A stretch of DNA of 64,000 nt from Thermodesulfobacteriota bacterium. GTDB lineage: Bacteria > Desulfobacterota > Desulfobacteria > Desulfobacterales > SURF-7. The notes under the pieces are model-generated. The model searched no databases, was not told the DNA's origin, and saw nothing but the letters and a program-made list of their open reading frames with translations. Positions 37,401-47,113 of the stretch are shown piece after piece (the stretch's first letter is position 1; the number at the start of each line of letters is the position of its first letter). The DNA lies in assembly GCA_049320885.1 (NCBI GenBank), contig JBMORA010000045.1, forward strand, positions 18,511 to 82,510. Direction: 5' to 3'. The translations under genes were made by a program, and so were the position numbers.

Positions 37401-38889
37401 AAAGCCCTCGTTGACCCTGGAGTTGGACAGCCACACCGCCGACGCCGGCCTGGAAACCAGAATCGAGGCCTTCCTGGACATCGTTTCCGCCTACCGGAAA
37501 CTGGTTGCCCGACGGGAAATCCAGACCTTGCAACAACCGTTTTCACCGGCCCGCACCTTGATGGAAGACGGCTCCTTCCAGGTGCAAACATCATCGGGCA
37601 GACGGCTTTCCCTGAATGATCCGAAGGTGACGGTCCTGTTCCCCTCCATGGGACGCCTGGCTTCCGAGGCCATCGCGGCCGTGTTCCGCTCCAGGGGGTT
37701 CAACGCCGTGGTTCACCCGCCGGCTGACGAAGCCGTGCTGAAACTCGGCCGGGCCAATACGTCCTGCAAGGAATGCTTGCCGCTCATCCTGACCACCGGC
37801 ACCTTGTTGAACTATGCGGAAAAATGGAAGCAACAAGATGAAGTGCTGGTCTATTTCATGCCCACCGGATCAGGACCCTGCCGATTCGGCCAATATTACG
37901 TTTACATGGAAGACCTGATCCGCCGGCTGGGATTGCCGGACGTGACCCTTTTCTCCCTCACCTCGGAAAACGGCTATGCCGGCATGGGCAACCAGGTCCA
38001 GCTCCGGGCCTGGTGGGGTGTCATCGTTTCGGATGTGATGGAAGACATCCGTTCCATGCTCCTGGCCGACGCCGTCAACCCGCGGGAAGCGGAGATATGC
38101 TTCGAAACCGAATGGCGGTCCGTCCTGGACTGCCTGGAAAAAGGCGATTTCCGGTTCCTGGAAGACCGCCTGAAATTAACCGCCGCCCGTTTCCGGGAGA
38201 TCCCCATGAAACAACCACCGGAAACCGTCCCCACCATCTTCATGGCCGGGGAAATCTTTGTGCGCCGGGATGCCATCTCGCGGCAATATCTCACGGAGAA
38301 ACTGGCGGAAAAAGGCTTTGCCACCGTCTGCGCACCCATCGGGGAATGGCTGCTCTATTCCGATTATCTGGTGGACCGGAACCTGACCGTCAAGTCCATG
38401 AATTTCAAGGAACGGATGGCCTTCGCCATCCGCAAACGGTTGATGGGGCATTATGAAAAACGCATCAAGAAAATCCTGGGCGGCTCCGGACTCGTCCAGA
38501 TGCATGCCATCGATATCCGGCGGGTTATCCGGAACGCCGCCCCCTTTATTTCGGAAAACCTCACCGGCGAGGCGGTGCTGACAGTGGGCACCTCCCTGGC
38601 CGAAATTGCCACCCAGGCCTGCGGGGTGATCGCCATCGGGCCCTTTGGCTGCATGCCGAACCGGATTTCCGAATCCATCCTGAATGATGCCATGAACAGC
38701 GACACCAAACTGGCCATCGAACCCCGCAACAGCGCCCTCCGTCGAATCCTGGACAGCGTGGAAGAACTGCCGTTTCTGGCCATCGAAAGCGACGGATCAC
38801 CTTTTCCGCAGCTGATCAATGCCAAGCTGGAAGCCTTCTGTCTGAGGGCCGAACGCTTGCATCACCTGATGAAAACCCATCAAAACTGA
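34471..38889 (+). CDS. Large acyl-CoA dehydratase activase-like protein (two ASKHA activase domains plus DUF2229-like domains)
   Basis: GNKCASGTG, SGRCSVFC, GLDVGSTTTK, EIGGQDAK, MNEACSAGTGSF, NFSCGPDSF, GPFGCMP. The start may be 34483 or 34507. Confidence 0.88.
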   Translation: MGYDMATGDISTMINPKKISRALGICLGASTISLVQLQRDDCQSEAATDHPNRTIRVVHHELHVHGGNPKKVLQTVVDSMGMDDFDTIAVTGRKFQKFINLSTVSEPEAVEYAYHFTKPPGVECPAVVSAGGETFMVYVLNSEGKIANVLTGNKCASGTGEFFLQQLRRMDVALSEIGDWADWETPYHVSGRCSVFCKSDCTHATNKGIPKSKVTAGLCVMMANKVLELLKKVQRRQIMITGGTAMNQMMIENLRREIPDLIVPEEAPYFEALGAALWALENPTRPFPGIASLFRTEMQPFAALPALQDCQNLVTFKTLTRGTVFPKDRCLLGLDVGSTTTKAVLLRESDHALLASVYLRTNGDPVGAARLCYRSIRDQIAERFDPGLVDIIGLGVCGSGRQIAGLHALTDGVINEIIAHATAAVYFDPKVDTIFEIGGQDAKYTYIVNSVPADYAMNEACSAGTGSFLEESALESLNVAMEDIAGIAMQATRPPNFNDQCAAFIASDIKNAIHEGIAHEDIIAGLVYSICMNYSNRVKGNRPVGEKVFMQGGVCYNQAVPMAMAALVGKPIVVPPEPGLMGAFGVALEVEKRIRSGLMAEQRFDLHTLINREVEYGKSFTCRGGGDNCDRGCKIAMIHLEGKRYPFGGACNRYYNLRLHIQHDVQQFDLVKLRNHLVFSKYAGKPEPTLRGGPRPRVGINRSFLVSTFFPLYSTFFAEIGFEPVMPETPSQAGIDMRESAFCYPAELSHGFFHSLISGDDPPDYIFLPHLKAIPSQNGKEVSLTCPFVQGETFFLQSTFRKFLAELAARGKKVLSPLLDLSAGLEAAGPALIDMAGNLGVRKKDAEKAFAKALQAQRACEAEMRAMGRKALEEIEKQPDRMAAVIFSRSYNGLVDEANMGIPHKIASRGVTVIPADFLSFEDTETRRHMYWGTGQRLLKAAAVVKQHPQLFGVYITNFSCGPDSFIITYFRDLMERKPSLTLELDSHTADAGLETRIEAFLDIVSAYRKLVARREIQTLQQPFSPARTLMEDGSFQVQTSSGRRLSLNDPKVTVLFPSMGRLASEAIAAVFRSRGFNAVVHPPADEAVLKLGRANTSCKECLPLILTTGTLLNYAEKWKQQDEVLVYFMPTGSGPCRFGQYYVYMEDLIRRLGLPDVTLFSLTSENGYAGMGNQVQLRAWWGVIVSDVMEDIRSMLLADAVNPREAEICFETEWRSVLDCLEKGDFRFLEDRLKLTAARFREIPMKQPPETVPTIFMAGEIFVRRDAISRQYLTEKLAEKGFATVCAPIGEWLLYSDYLVDRNLTVKSMNFKERMAFAIRKRLMGHYEKRIKKILGGSGLVQMHAIDIRRVIRNAAPFISENLTGEAVLTVGTSLAEIATQACGVIAIGPFGCMPNRISESILNDAMNSDTKLAIEPRNSALRRILDSVEELPFLAIESDGSPFPQLINAKLEAFCLRAERLHHLMKTHQN

Positions 38890-38923
38890 GTGGCGGCATG
38901 CTGCGGGAAAGGAATCGATTTCA

Positions 38924-40258
38924 TTGAACGATACAAACAAACGGGCGGTATGGGGCTGGGCCCTCTACGACTGGGCTAATTCCGCCTTCGCCACCACGGT
39001 GATGGCCGGATTCTTCCCCATTTTCTTCAAGCAGTACTGGAGTATCGGCGTTGATGTGAACATGAGTACGGCCCAACTCGGTTTCGGCAACTCCATGGCC
39101 GGCCTGCTGGTGGCCCTGCTGGCTCCGGTCCTGGGGGCCATTGCCGATCAAAGCTCCAGCCGCAAGAAGTTCATGATCTTTTTCGCCTACCTGGGCGTCC
39201 TCATGACTGCGGCGCTGTTTTTCGTCGGCAAGGGGCAATGGGGCTGGGCCATTCTCATTTACGCCGGCGGTTTCATCGGCTTTGCTGGCGCCAATGTCTT
39301 TTACGACTCGCTGCTGCCGATGGTCGCCGACGAAAACCGGGTGGACCATGTTTCCAGTCTCGGATATTCCCTGGGATATCTGGGAGGCGGCCTGCTGTTC
39401 CTGATCAATGTCCTGATGACCCTGATGCCGGCCGTTTTCGGTCTTCCGGACGCCGCCGCGGCGGTCCGTTTTTCCTTTCTTACCGTGGCGGTCTGGTGGG
39501 GCGGCTTCACCCTGTTCGCCATCTTCTGGGTGCCCGAGGGAACCGACGCCTCCCGCCGCCTGCCCGGCAATCCCGTCACCGCCGGTTTCCGGCAATTCAC
39601 GGACACCTTCACCAAAATACGGAACCTGAAAACCGTGGGAATATTTCTGCTGGCCTACTGGTTTTATATCGACGGCGTGGATACGATCATCCTGATGGCG
39701 GTGGATTACGGAATTTCCCTGGGTTTCGCAAGCAACGATCTGATCGTCGCCCTGCTGATCGTCCAGTTTGTCGGTTTCCCCGCCGCGCTGGTTTTCGGAC
39801 GGCTGGGAGAGCGCTGGGGAGTCAAAAAATCCATCTATCTGGGGATTTTCATATACATGCTCATCACCTTCTGGGGGGCCATGATGTCCCGCAAGGAGGA
39901 ATTCTATATACTGGCGGGGGCCATCGGGCTGGTCCAGGGAGGAATCCAGGCCCTGAGCCGCTCGTATTACTCCCGACTGATCCCCCCGGACCAGTCGGCC
40001 GAATATTACGGTTTTTACAACATGCTGGGGAAATTCGCCGCCATCATCGGACCGAGCCTGGTGGGTCTTTCCGGGCTCCTGGCCAGACACCTGTTGATGC
40101 CGGCCGCCGCCACCCCTGAGCAGATAGCGGCGGCTGGACTCCTGGCAACCCGTTGGAGCATCGCCTCGGTGCTGCTGCTTTTTGTGATCGGCGCCGTCCT
40201 GTTCTATTTCGTGGATGAGAAAACCGGCAGAAGTCAGGCCCACCGGCTGGACCGATGA
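38924..40258 (+). CDS. MFS transporter (UMF1/ATG22-like)
   Basis: WALYDWANSAF, about 12 TM segments, QALSRS, YYGFY. Confidence 0.88.
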   Translation: MNDTNKRAVWGWALYDWANSAFATTVMAGFFPIFFKQYWSIGVDVNMSTAQLGFGNSMAGLLVALLAPVLGAIADQSSSRKKFMIFFAYLGVLMTAALFFVGKGQWGWAILIYAGGFIGFAGANVFYDSLLPMVADENRVDHVSSLGYSLGYLGGGLLFLINVLMTLMPAVFGLPDAAAAVRFSFLTVAVWWGGFTLFAIFWVPEGTDASRRLPGNPVTAGFRQFTDTFTKIRNLKTVGIFLLAYWFYIDGVDTIILMAVDYGISLGFASNDLIVALLIVQFVGFPAALVFGRLGERWGVKKSIYLGIFIYMLITFWGAMMSRKEEFYILAGAIGLVQGGIQALSRSYYSRLIPPDQSAEYYGFYNMLGKFAAIIGPSLVGLSGLLARHLLMPAAATPEQIAAAGLLATRWSIASVLLLFVIGAVLFYFVDEKTGRSQAHRLDR

Positions 40259-40457
40259 TACCCCCCGTCATCCGGCGTTTCCGGAGATTCATCCGGCCCG
40301 CGGACCGGACAACGGGGTCTGCGGGTTCGGTCCTGGAAATTTTCCATTGTTTTTTCTTTAGGGTTCTGTTTTACTTATGCAAATATAGAATTGACCTTCA
40401 CCGGCGGCCGGTCTCCGGCCCAACCGGTTCATTGCGCACAGCTCAAAGGGGGCTCTT

Positions 40458-41312
40458 ATGAAATCCGCCATGACAACCGCTTGTTGCCTGATCATCTGCC
40501 TTTTCGCGTTCATCCCTTCCACGCTGCCGGCCGCCGAGGAATATCGGTTCGAGGAGGAACTCACCGCCGTCAAGGCCGATCTGGACCGGGAATACCAGGA
40601 GCTTTATCAGCTAAAGTCCGAATTGGAAACCCACCGCCAGAGAGTCAAAACCGACAAGGATCTGGCGGACTATAAAAAAAAACTGGCGGTCTATGACAAT
40701 CGGGTGGCCGCCTATGACGAAAAACGCCGCAGCTATGATGAGCGGGTCAGGGCCATCATGGAGGCCGAAGCCGAGAAGCAGGCGATCATCGACGGCGCCT
40801 TGAGCGATCACGAAGGGTACCCGGTGGGGTTGGGCGAGCTTCAAACCACGGAAGAGGCGCCTGCGGAGGAGACAACCGCGGAAACACCGCCCGGAGAAGA
40901 AAACCCGGAAGCCGCCGAAGCCGACCGGCAGGCCGGCGATGAGGAAACCGCGGCGGCAGCAACCAGGCCGGAGGAAATCCAGGCGGTAAGCGCAGGCGGT
41001 GGAACGAAAATCACTCCGGCCCAGTCAGCCAAGGCCCTCCAGGCGGAACAGAAGATCCTGGAAAAACGCAAAGCAGCCATTGATGAGGACTTTACCAAAC
41101 TGTCCAAGGAAAAGGAAGCGGTGGAAACCCGGCGCAAACCCCGGATGACCGTCCGGGAAATAGAGGAATTGAACAAGGAAGTGGCTGAACTGAATCAAAA
41201 AATCCAGCAGTTCGAGGAAGGCCGCAAGCAGTTTGATTCGGAAGTCGCCGATTACAACAAACGGGTGACCGACGCGGGTCTGGCGGACAATCCGCCCCCG
41301 GAAAAAAAGTAA
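40458..41312 (+). CDS. Secreted coiled-coil protein with internal duplication
   Basis: Signal peptide; two charged heptad-like regions separated by an acidic Ala/Glu/Pro linker. Confidence 0.7.
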   Translation: MKSAMTTACCLIICLFAFIPSTLPAAEEYRFEEELTAVKADLDREYQELYQLKSELETHRQRVKTDKDLADYKKKLAVYDNRVAAYDEKRRSYDERVRAIMEAEAEKQAIIDGALSDHEGYPVGLGELQTTEEAPAEETTAETPPGEENPEAAEADRQAGDEETAAAATRPEEIQAVSAGGGTKITPAQSAKALQAEQKILEKRKAAIDEDFTKLSKEKEAVETRRKPRMTVREIEELNKEVAELNQKIQQFEEGRKQFDSEVADYNKRVTDAGLADNPPPEKK

Positions 41313-41326
41313 AGCGCGTGCTATCC

Positions 41327-42127
41327 TTAGAGTAACTCCCTATGGATCGCGGCCTGAAGCCGGGCCGCATGGTTGGAATAAATAAAATCCACGCCGCGTG
41401 CGATTTCCCGGTACAGGCAGTTGCGGGAGGAGATGAAACCCGTGCCCACCTGCTGCCCCCTTGCGTGATGCATCCGGATGCGTCCATCCGACATGAACAA
41501 ATAATGGCCGTTGACCCCGCCGTAACCCTCCTCCAGCGCCAGCCGGCTCAAACCGCGGATATTGATCTGGGCGATGGGCATGAAATGGCGCCGCGGGATG
41601 AAATCAATCTTCCGGAACATGTCCGGTGATAGCGTGATCAGGTGGTAATCCCGGCCGGGGGAAAGCCCGGCGAAAATCTCCCCCAGCGCGCGGTTCTGAC
41701 GGATGGGATCTGGATAAGGTTCCTGCTTGATTTCCAGCATGAGGTGCGTTTTCCCGCCATACCGTTCGACGACCTCCCGGAGGGAAGGGACCAGCGGACA
41801 GGCGGCCCGCAGTTCCGCCCAGGTCATACGGGCGATGACCTCCGGCTTGCCGTGCAGGCGCAACAGATCCGGATCATGGCTGATCACCGGAACCAGATCC
41901 CGGGTCCAGCGCAGATCGCATTCCAGGCCCCATACATCGGCGCAAGCAACGGCGTCAAAGGCCCCGAGGGTGTTCTCCAAGACGGTGCGGTTATCATATT
42001 CCCCTCGGTGGGATATCAGGCGGCAGGCCTTCAAGGCCCCGCGGTCGGGCCTGGGAGCGGGGACACGCGCAAAAACCGCATCCGCCGCCTTCACAAAACA
42101 GTTTTCAATCCAATCTGGAATCGCCAT
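41327..42127 (-). CDS. Glycerophosphodiester phosphodiesterase family protein
   Basis: ISHRG, ENTL, LECDL, ISHD, LEIK. Confidence 0.87.
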   Translation of the reverse strand: MAIPDWIENCFVKAADAVFARVPAPRPDRGALKACRLISHRGEYDNRTVLENTLGAFDAVACADVWGLECDLRWTRDLVPVISHDPDLLRLHGKPEVIARMTWAELRAACPLVPSLREVVERYGGKTHLMLEIKQEPYPDPIRQNRALGEIFAGLSPGRDYHLITLSPDMFRKIDFIPRRHFMPIAQINIRGLSRLALEEGYGGVNGHYLFMSDGRIRMHHARGQQVGTGFISSRNCLYREIARGVDFIYSNHAARLQAAIHRELL

Positions 42128-42143
42128 GGAGATTCTTTTCTTG

Positions 42144-43136
42144 TTATTGATCTCCGCCCAGCAAACCTCCCAGGGGGCCTAAAATGGAACCTTCTCCCTG
42201 GCTGCCGCCCCGCTGGGGAGCGGCCTGGAGCATTCGGCCGGCCAGCCTGGAAAAAGGCAGGGACTGGAGCCAGACTTTTCCGGGGCCCCGGAGGGTGGCG
42301 AAAAACAGGCCTTCCCCCCCGAACAGAGCGGTTTTAATGCCGCCGGCCTGTTGAATGTCGAATTGGACCCCGGGCTCGAAGGCCACGATGCAACCGGTGT
42401 CCACATGCAGGGTTTCGGCGCCGTCCAGGCTCCGCTCCACCACCGTCCCTCCGGCGTGGAGGAACACCATGCCGTCGCCTTCCAGTTTCTGCATGATGAA
42501 GCCTTCCCCGCCGAACAAACCGGTGAGGATCTTGCGTTGAAAATAAATCCCCACCGAAACCCCCTTGGCCGCGCACAGGAAGCTGTCCTTCTGGCAAATC
42601 ATGACGCCGCCCACTTTGCGCAAATGCACGGGGATGATATTGCCGGGGAAAGGTGCGCCGAACGCCACATGGGCCTTCCCCTGGCCCCGGTGGGTGAAAA
42701 CCGTCATGAAAAGACTTTCGCCGGTTAGCAGGCGCTTGCCCGCGCCCAGCAGTTTATCCATGAAAGTGCCTCCCCCGCTTCCGGAACCATCGCCGAACAC
42801 GGTTTCCATGACTACGGCGCTGTCCTTGTACATCATGGCGCCTGCTTCGGCCACGGCGCTTTCCCCCGGATCCAGTTCGATCTCCACGAACTGCATCTCG
42901 GAACCGACGATCTTGAAATCGATCTCATCGGCCGTGCGGCCGGTCCCCACCGGAGGCGGCGCCGGCATGAACGGCGCAGGCCTGGTCAATTCAGCCACCC
43001 GGGAAATGGGCAGCCACTCGGCATATCCCTCCCGCCAGGCGTGTCCGTTGGGATTCCGGGCCACCTGGGCGGCCGCCTGGGCGGGATCGAGCGGCCCCAT
43101 CTGATTTCCGTCATAACTCAGGTACCATTGTGTCAT
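42144..43136 (-). CDS. TIGR00266/AIM24-family protein with N-terminal GYF_2-like domain
   Basis: N-terminal WY...QMGP...[27 protein letters not shown] repeats, WLQSLP. Confidence 0.87.
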   Translation of the reverse strand: MTQWYLSYDGNQMGPLDPAQAAAQVARNPNGHAWREGYAEWLPISRVAELTRPAPFMPAPPPVGTGRTADEIDFKIVGSEMQFVEIELDPGESAVAEAGAMMYKDSAVVMETVFGDGSGSGGGTFMDKLLGAGKRLLTGESLFMTVFTHRGQGKAHVAFGAPFPGNIIPVHLRKVGGVMICQKDSFLCAAKGVSVGIYFQRKILTGLFGGEGFIMQKLEGDGMVFLHAGGTVVERSLDGAETLHVDTGCIVAFEPGVQFDIQQAGGIKTALFGGEGLFFATLRGPGKVWLQSLPFSRLAGRMLQAAPQRGGSQGEGSILGPLGGLLGGDQ

Positions 43137-43157
43137 GAATCCCTCCTTTTCGGCTTG

Positions 43158-43820
43158 TCACAAGGGCCCGAGGCCCAACTGGCGGTGGATTTCGTTGACG
43201 GCCGCCGGATCCAGCGAAAGAAGTCCGGCAAGGGTTCGCAGGTAATTCCGCTCGGCGTCCGTGTCCACCTCCACGGCCACCAGCGAAACCGTGTACACCA
43301 TGCGGGCGGTTTCCAGCGAGGTCACCCCTGCGGCGATCCGCTTCGGGTCCATGGGAACGGCCATTTCCTGCCGGATGAACGCTTGTTCTTCATCCGACAG
43401 GTCCGCGGTTTTCAAACGCGCGAAAATAGCTGCCTGTTCCCGGTCATCGATGAGGCCATCGGCGTTGGCCGCGGCGATCATGGCGCGAATCAGGAGGACG
43501 GCCTCGTTTTTCGGCTCCGGCGCCCCGCCGGAAAACATGGAAACACCGGGCGGCGGCGGGGGCTGCCGGGAAGGACCGGGCGGCGGAGGCGGCGCCACCG
43601 GAGTCTGCCCCGGCCGCCGGAAATCACCGGTGGGGATGCCATAAGTCGGCGGAGGCGCCGACGGCTGGTTTTGGGCACGGTCCATGTAATGCGACACTGC
43701 TTCCATGGCCACGCCTAGAAGGCCCAGGGCTGCGCCGCCAGGAACCAGCGAATCACCGCGGCGGCCGATTCCGGATGAAATCAACCCTTTCAGCAGTTTT
43801 TCCGGATTAAACATAGGCAT
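43158..43820 (-). CDS. DUF533 (YebE/TerB-like) protein
   Basis: LLIRAMIAAANADGLIDDREQ, AERNYLRTLA; AAGGAG RBS; Pro-rich linker. Confidence 0.85.
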   Translation of the reverse strand: MPMFNPEKLLKGLISSGIGRRGDSLVPGGAALGLLGVAMEAVSHYMDRAQNQPSAPPPTYGIPTGDFRRPGQTPVAPPPPPGPSRQPPPPPGVSMFSGGAPEPKNEAVLLIRAMIAAANADGLIDDREQAAIFARLKTADLSDEEQAFIRQEMAVPMDPKRIAAGVTSLETARMVYTVSLVAVEVDTDAERNYLRTLAGLLSLDPAAVNEIHRQLGLGPL

Positions 43821-44119
43821 TCTCCTTATGGTTGCGGTCGGATTCATCGGAAGCGGACACCGGGACGGCCTCCGCTACGTGGGCATGCAGCGCCGGACCA
43901 GTTCTGTCGGGGCGGACATCCGTTACAAGCCCCGACCTAACCGAAGCCCATGGGCTTGTCAAGGGATTTGTACTCCGGTATTGACAGCCCCCAGGAAATC
44001 TGATTGGAACGAATGGTTGCCTGCGGCCCCGGCATGGGAAATCCCCCGCGGACCATGTTTTGCAAGTTCCACTGGAGAAGATTGTAGATTGATTCCATTT
44101 TGGTGCAGGTCGCAAATCC

Positions 44120-44872
44120 ATGGATGACGGCGGTATTGAATGGCCGGAGCTGGTGCCCGGGGTCCTGATCCGGCGCTACAAGCGTTTTCTGGCCGACATC
44201 CTCCTTGAAGACGGCGCAACCGCCACCGCCCACTGCCCCAACTCGGGGGCCATGGCCTCCTGCTGCGAACCGGGACGACCGGTGTATCTTTCCGTCCACA
44301 ACCAGCCCCATCGCAGACTGAAATACACCTGGGAATTGATTCACATGCCCGGCGCCATGGTGGGGGTCAACGCCCTGGTTCCCAACCGCCTGGTCCAGCG
44401 CTCCATCGCCGCCCGCCGCATCCGGGAACTAGACGGCTACAGGGACATGGTCCGGGAAGTCGTTGTGAGCCCCCATACCCGTCTCGACCTGCGATTGACC
44501 GACCCGGACAGGCCGCCCTGTTATGTGGAGATCAAGAACTGCACCCTGGTGACCGGCGGGAGGGCCATGTTTCCGGACGCCGTTACCAAAAGAGGCTTGA
44601 AGCATCTGGAGGAAATGACCCGGCTGGCGGCCGGCGGATCCCGCTGCGTCATGTTCTACCTGATCCAGCGCACCGATGCCCGCCGCTTCGAACCCGCCGA
44701 TCATATCGACCCGGCCTACGGCAAGGCCCTGCGCCGGGCCGTGGACGGCGGCGTGGAAATCCTGGCCTGGGATGTCGCCGTCGATCTGCACCGCATCGCC
44801 CTGCGCAGACCCATCCCCGTGAGGTTATCGCACGGATCATCGAACATCATTCATGCCAAGCAAGCGTATTGA
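44120..44872 (+). CDS. sfsA: Sugar fermentation stimulation protein A
   Basis: RRYKRFLAD, AHCPNSGAM, VEIKN, FPDAVTKRGLKHL. Confidence 0.93.
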   Translation: MDDGGIEWPELVPGVLIRRYKRFLADILLEDGATATAHCPNSGAMASCCEPGRPVYLSVHNQPHRRLKYTWELIHMPGAMVGVNALVPNRLVQRSIAARRIRELDGYRDMVREVVVSPHTRLDLRLTDPDRPPCYVEIKNCTLVTGGRAMFPDAVTKRGLKHLEEMTRLAAGGSRCVMFYLIQRTDARRFEPADHIDPAYGKALRRAVDGGVEILAWDVAVDLHRIALRRPIPVRLSHGSSNIIHAKQAY

Positions 44873-44893
44873 CACTGTTCGGTTTTTCACGAT

Positions 44894-45274
44894 ATGACAT
44901 CCTCAGAGAAAGGCGGCGAAACTTATATTGGGAGGTCGGGGTTGACGGAACAATCATCCGGATTTGATGCCATCATCATCAATGAAGTCCAGCTCGTTCT
45001 GGCGGAGAAGCGGACATCCCTGGCGGTGATGCGCACCGGTATCGCCGTGCTGGCTCTGCCCCTGTCCGTGCTGAGCGTCCTGATCGCCACCTCGAAATAT
45101 TACGATTTCGTTCGCGTTATACATCTGATGGTGCCCCTGATGGTGATCAATCTGTTTCTGGTTATTTTCGGCATCTATCTGATTTTACGCGCCATAGCGC
45201 GTATGCGGCGGCACGACGCTCTGATTCAAAAAATCAAGAAGGAGCACAGCGCCATCTCCGAATTTATCGATTGA
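44894..45274 (+). CDS. DUF202-like small membrane protein
   Basis: LAEKRTSLAVMRTG and two TM segments. An alternative TTG start at 44942 follows GGAGG. Confidence 0.72.
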   Translation: MTSSEKGGETYIGRSGLTEQSSGFDAIIINEVQLVLAEKRTSLAVMRTGIAVLALPLSVLSVLIATSKYYDFVRVIHLMVPLMVINLFLVIFGIYLILRAIARMRRHDALIQKIKKEHSAISEFID

Positions 45275-45375
45275 TTCAAACTGGTGAGTCAAACTGGTGA
45301 TCCAGACCCGTGACCCCAATCCGGGTATCGACGCTGCCGGGTCTTCACAACCATCTTCGCGGAAGGAGGCAGACC

Positions 45376-46227
45376 ATGAAACCGTTTTTCCCGCCCGATA
45401 GACAGGTAACCGCCGTCACCCACGGTCAGGCGACGTTTGAACTGCCGGTATTGTACTTCCGTGACGACGCTTTCGTCGTTTTCTATACCGCCGATCCCGG
45501 CAAGATCCGGGACATCCTGCCTTCGGACAACCTGCATCCGGTCCTGCTGCCCGGAAGAAGGTCCCTGGTGGGCCTGGCCGCCTTCAACTACACGGAAACA
45601 ACCATCGGATCGTACGGCGAAATCGGGATGATCGTTCCGGTGGTTTACGGCCCCAAGCCGCCGCCGGTCCTGCTGCCGGTTGTCCTGGAAAGCCGCTTTC
45701 CCGGATTCGGCGCCCTGGTCCTGCACCTGCCGGTAACCAAAACCCTGGCCCGGGATGCGGGCCGCGGGGAATGGGGCTACACCAAATTCATCGCCGACAT
45801 GCATTTCACCATCACGCCGGAATTCATGGAATGCTGCATGATGGACGGCAATCACCATATTCTGACCATGCATGTGCGCCGCAAGGGCATCATCCTGCGG
45901 GACAAAAAACCCCTGATCACCTACTCGGTCCGGAACGGCGATCTCATCCGGACCGTGATTCCCCAGACCGGCGCCTATAGGCAGGCCATCACCCCCCCGG
46001 ACACCCATGTGGATTTCGGCGACCACCCCATGGCGGACACCTTCCGGGCATTGGAGCCGGGCAGCCGCCCCCTGCTGTCGCGTTATTACGTGGAACGGGC
46101 CGCCATCCTCCCAAAAGGGGAAGTCATTGAAAGCAACGTGCGCCCCCTGGACGGCTATGCGGGGCAAAACCGGGAGGGCGCTCACAAGATCAGCTTCCTC
46201 GAAGCAACCGCTGAACCGGCGCGGTAA
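45376..46227 (+). CDS. Acetoacetate decarboxylase-like superfamily protein
   Basis: IGSYGE, LHLPVT, GRGEWGYTK (Schiff-base Lys position); GGAGG RBS. Confidence 0.8.
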   Translation: MKPFFPPDRQVTAVTHGQATFELPVLYFRDDAFVVFYTADPGKIRDILPSDNLHPVLLPGRRSLVGLAAFNYTETTIGSYGEIGMIVPVVYGPKPPPVLLPVVLESRFPGFGALVLHLPVTKTLARDAGRGEWGYTKFIADMHFTITPEFMECCMMDGNHHILTMHVRRKGIILRDKKPLITYSVRNGDLIRTVIPQTGAYRQAITPPDTHVDFGDHPMADTFRALEPGSRPLLSRYYVERAAILPKGEVIESNVRPLDGYAGQNREGAHKISFLEATAEPAR

Positions 46228-46231
46228 AGCC

Positions 46232-46981
46232 ATGCGGTGCCCCAAATGCGATTTTGAACAACCGGAAGGAAGCCCCGAATGCGCCCGCTGCGGGGTTATC
46301 TTCCGGAAAGCGCGTCCAGGGAACCTTCCGCCGGTTTCATCCAGCGGGCACCATGCGGCCGCCGGGGAGGAGGAGCCCGGTGCCGGCCATGTGATCCGGG
46401 AATTGCTGTTCGGGTCCCATCAGGAAGTGAATCCGTTTTATTTCGCCGGCAGGGTTCTTGTTTTCATCGGCCTCGTGATCCTGGGCATCCAATACATCCT
46501 GGCCGGCTGGCAGAGCAACTACCCTGCGGGGACCTTTCTCCACGGCGTCAATCTGGCCTTTCACGAAGCCGGCCATCTCCTGTTCCGCCCCTTCGGCCGC
46601 TTCATGACGGTCCTGGGCGGCAGCCTGGGGCAGCTGCTGATGCCCCTGATCTGCATGGCTGTCTTCTTGATCAAATCCCGGGATCCCTTCGGCGCCTCCG
46701 TGGCCTTCTGGTGGCTGGGACAGAGTTTCCTGGATCTGGCTCCATATATAGGCGACGCCCGGGCCCTGCGGCTCATCCTTCTGGGCGGCATCACCGGCCG
46801 GGACGCCGTGGACTACCATGACTGGGAATTCCTCCTGAAACAACTCGGCCTGCTGCAATGGGACCGAACCCTGGCCTTTCTGGCCCACGGCTTCGGCTCC
46901 CTCTGTATTCTTTCAGCGATGTTGTGGGGCGCCTATCTTCTCTTCAATCAGTACAAACACATGCGGGGGTCAGCGCAGTAG
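46232..46981 (+). CDS. Zinc-ribbon plus HExGH membrane metallopeptidase-like (M50-like) protein
   Basis: MRCPKC...ECARCG, FHEAGH, LGGS, YIGDA, HDW. Confidence 0.75.
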   Translation: MRCPKCDFEQPEGSPECARCGVIFRKARPGNLPPVSSSGHHAAAGEEEPGAGHVIRELLFGSHQEVNPFYFAGRVLVFIGLVILGIQYILAGWQSNYPAGTFLHGVNLAFHEAGHLLFRPFGRFMTVLGGSLGQLLMPLICMAVFLIKSRDPFGASVAFWWLGQSFLDLAPYIGDARALRLILLGGITGRDAVDYHDWEFLLKQLGLLQWDRTLAFLAHGFGSLCILSAMLWGAYLLFNQYKHMRGSAQ

Positions 46982-47113
46982 TTCCCAGCGCGAATCAGGC
47001 ATCCTTCGGGCTCCCGCGTACCGCTTCCCGACCGCAACCCTTTCCGTGTCCCGCAAGGAACATTTCCGTAGTCTCCGGAATGCCGAACGGGTGTCGGGCC
47101 TTTTGGTGCGATA

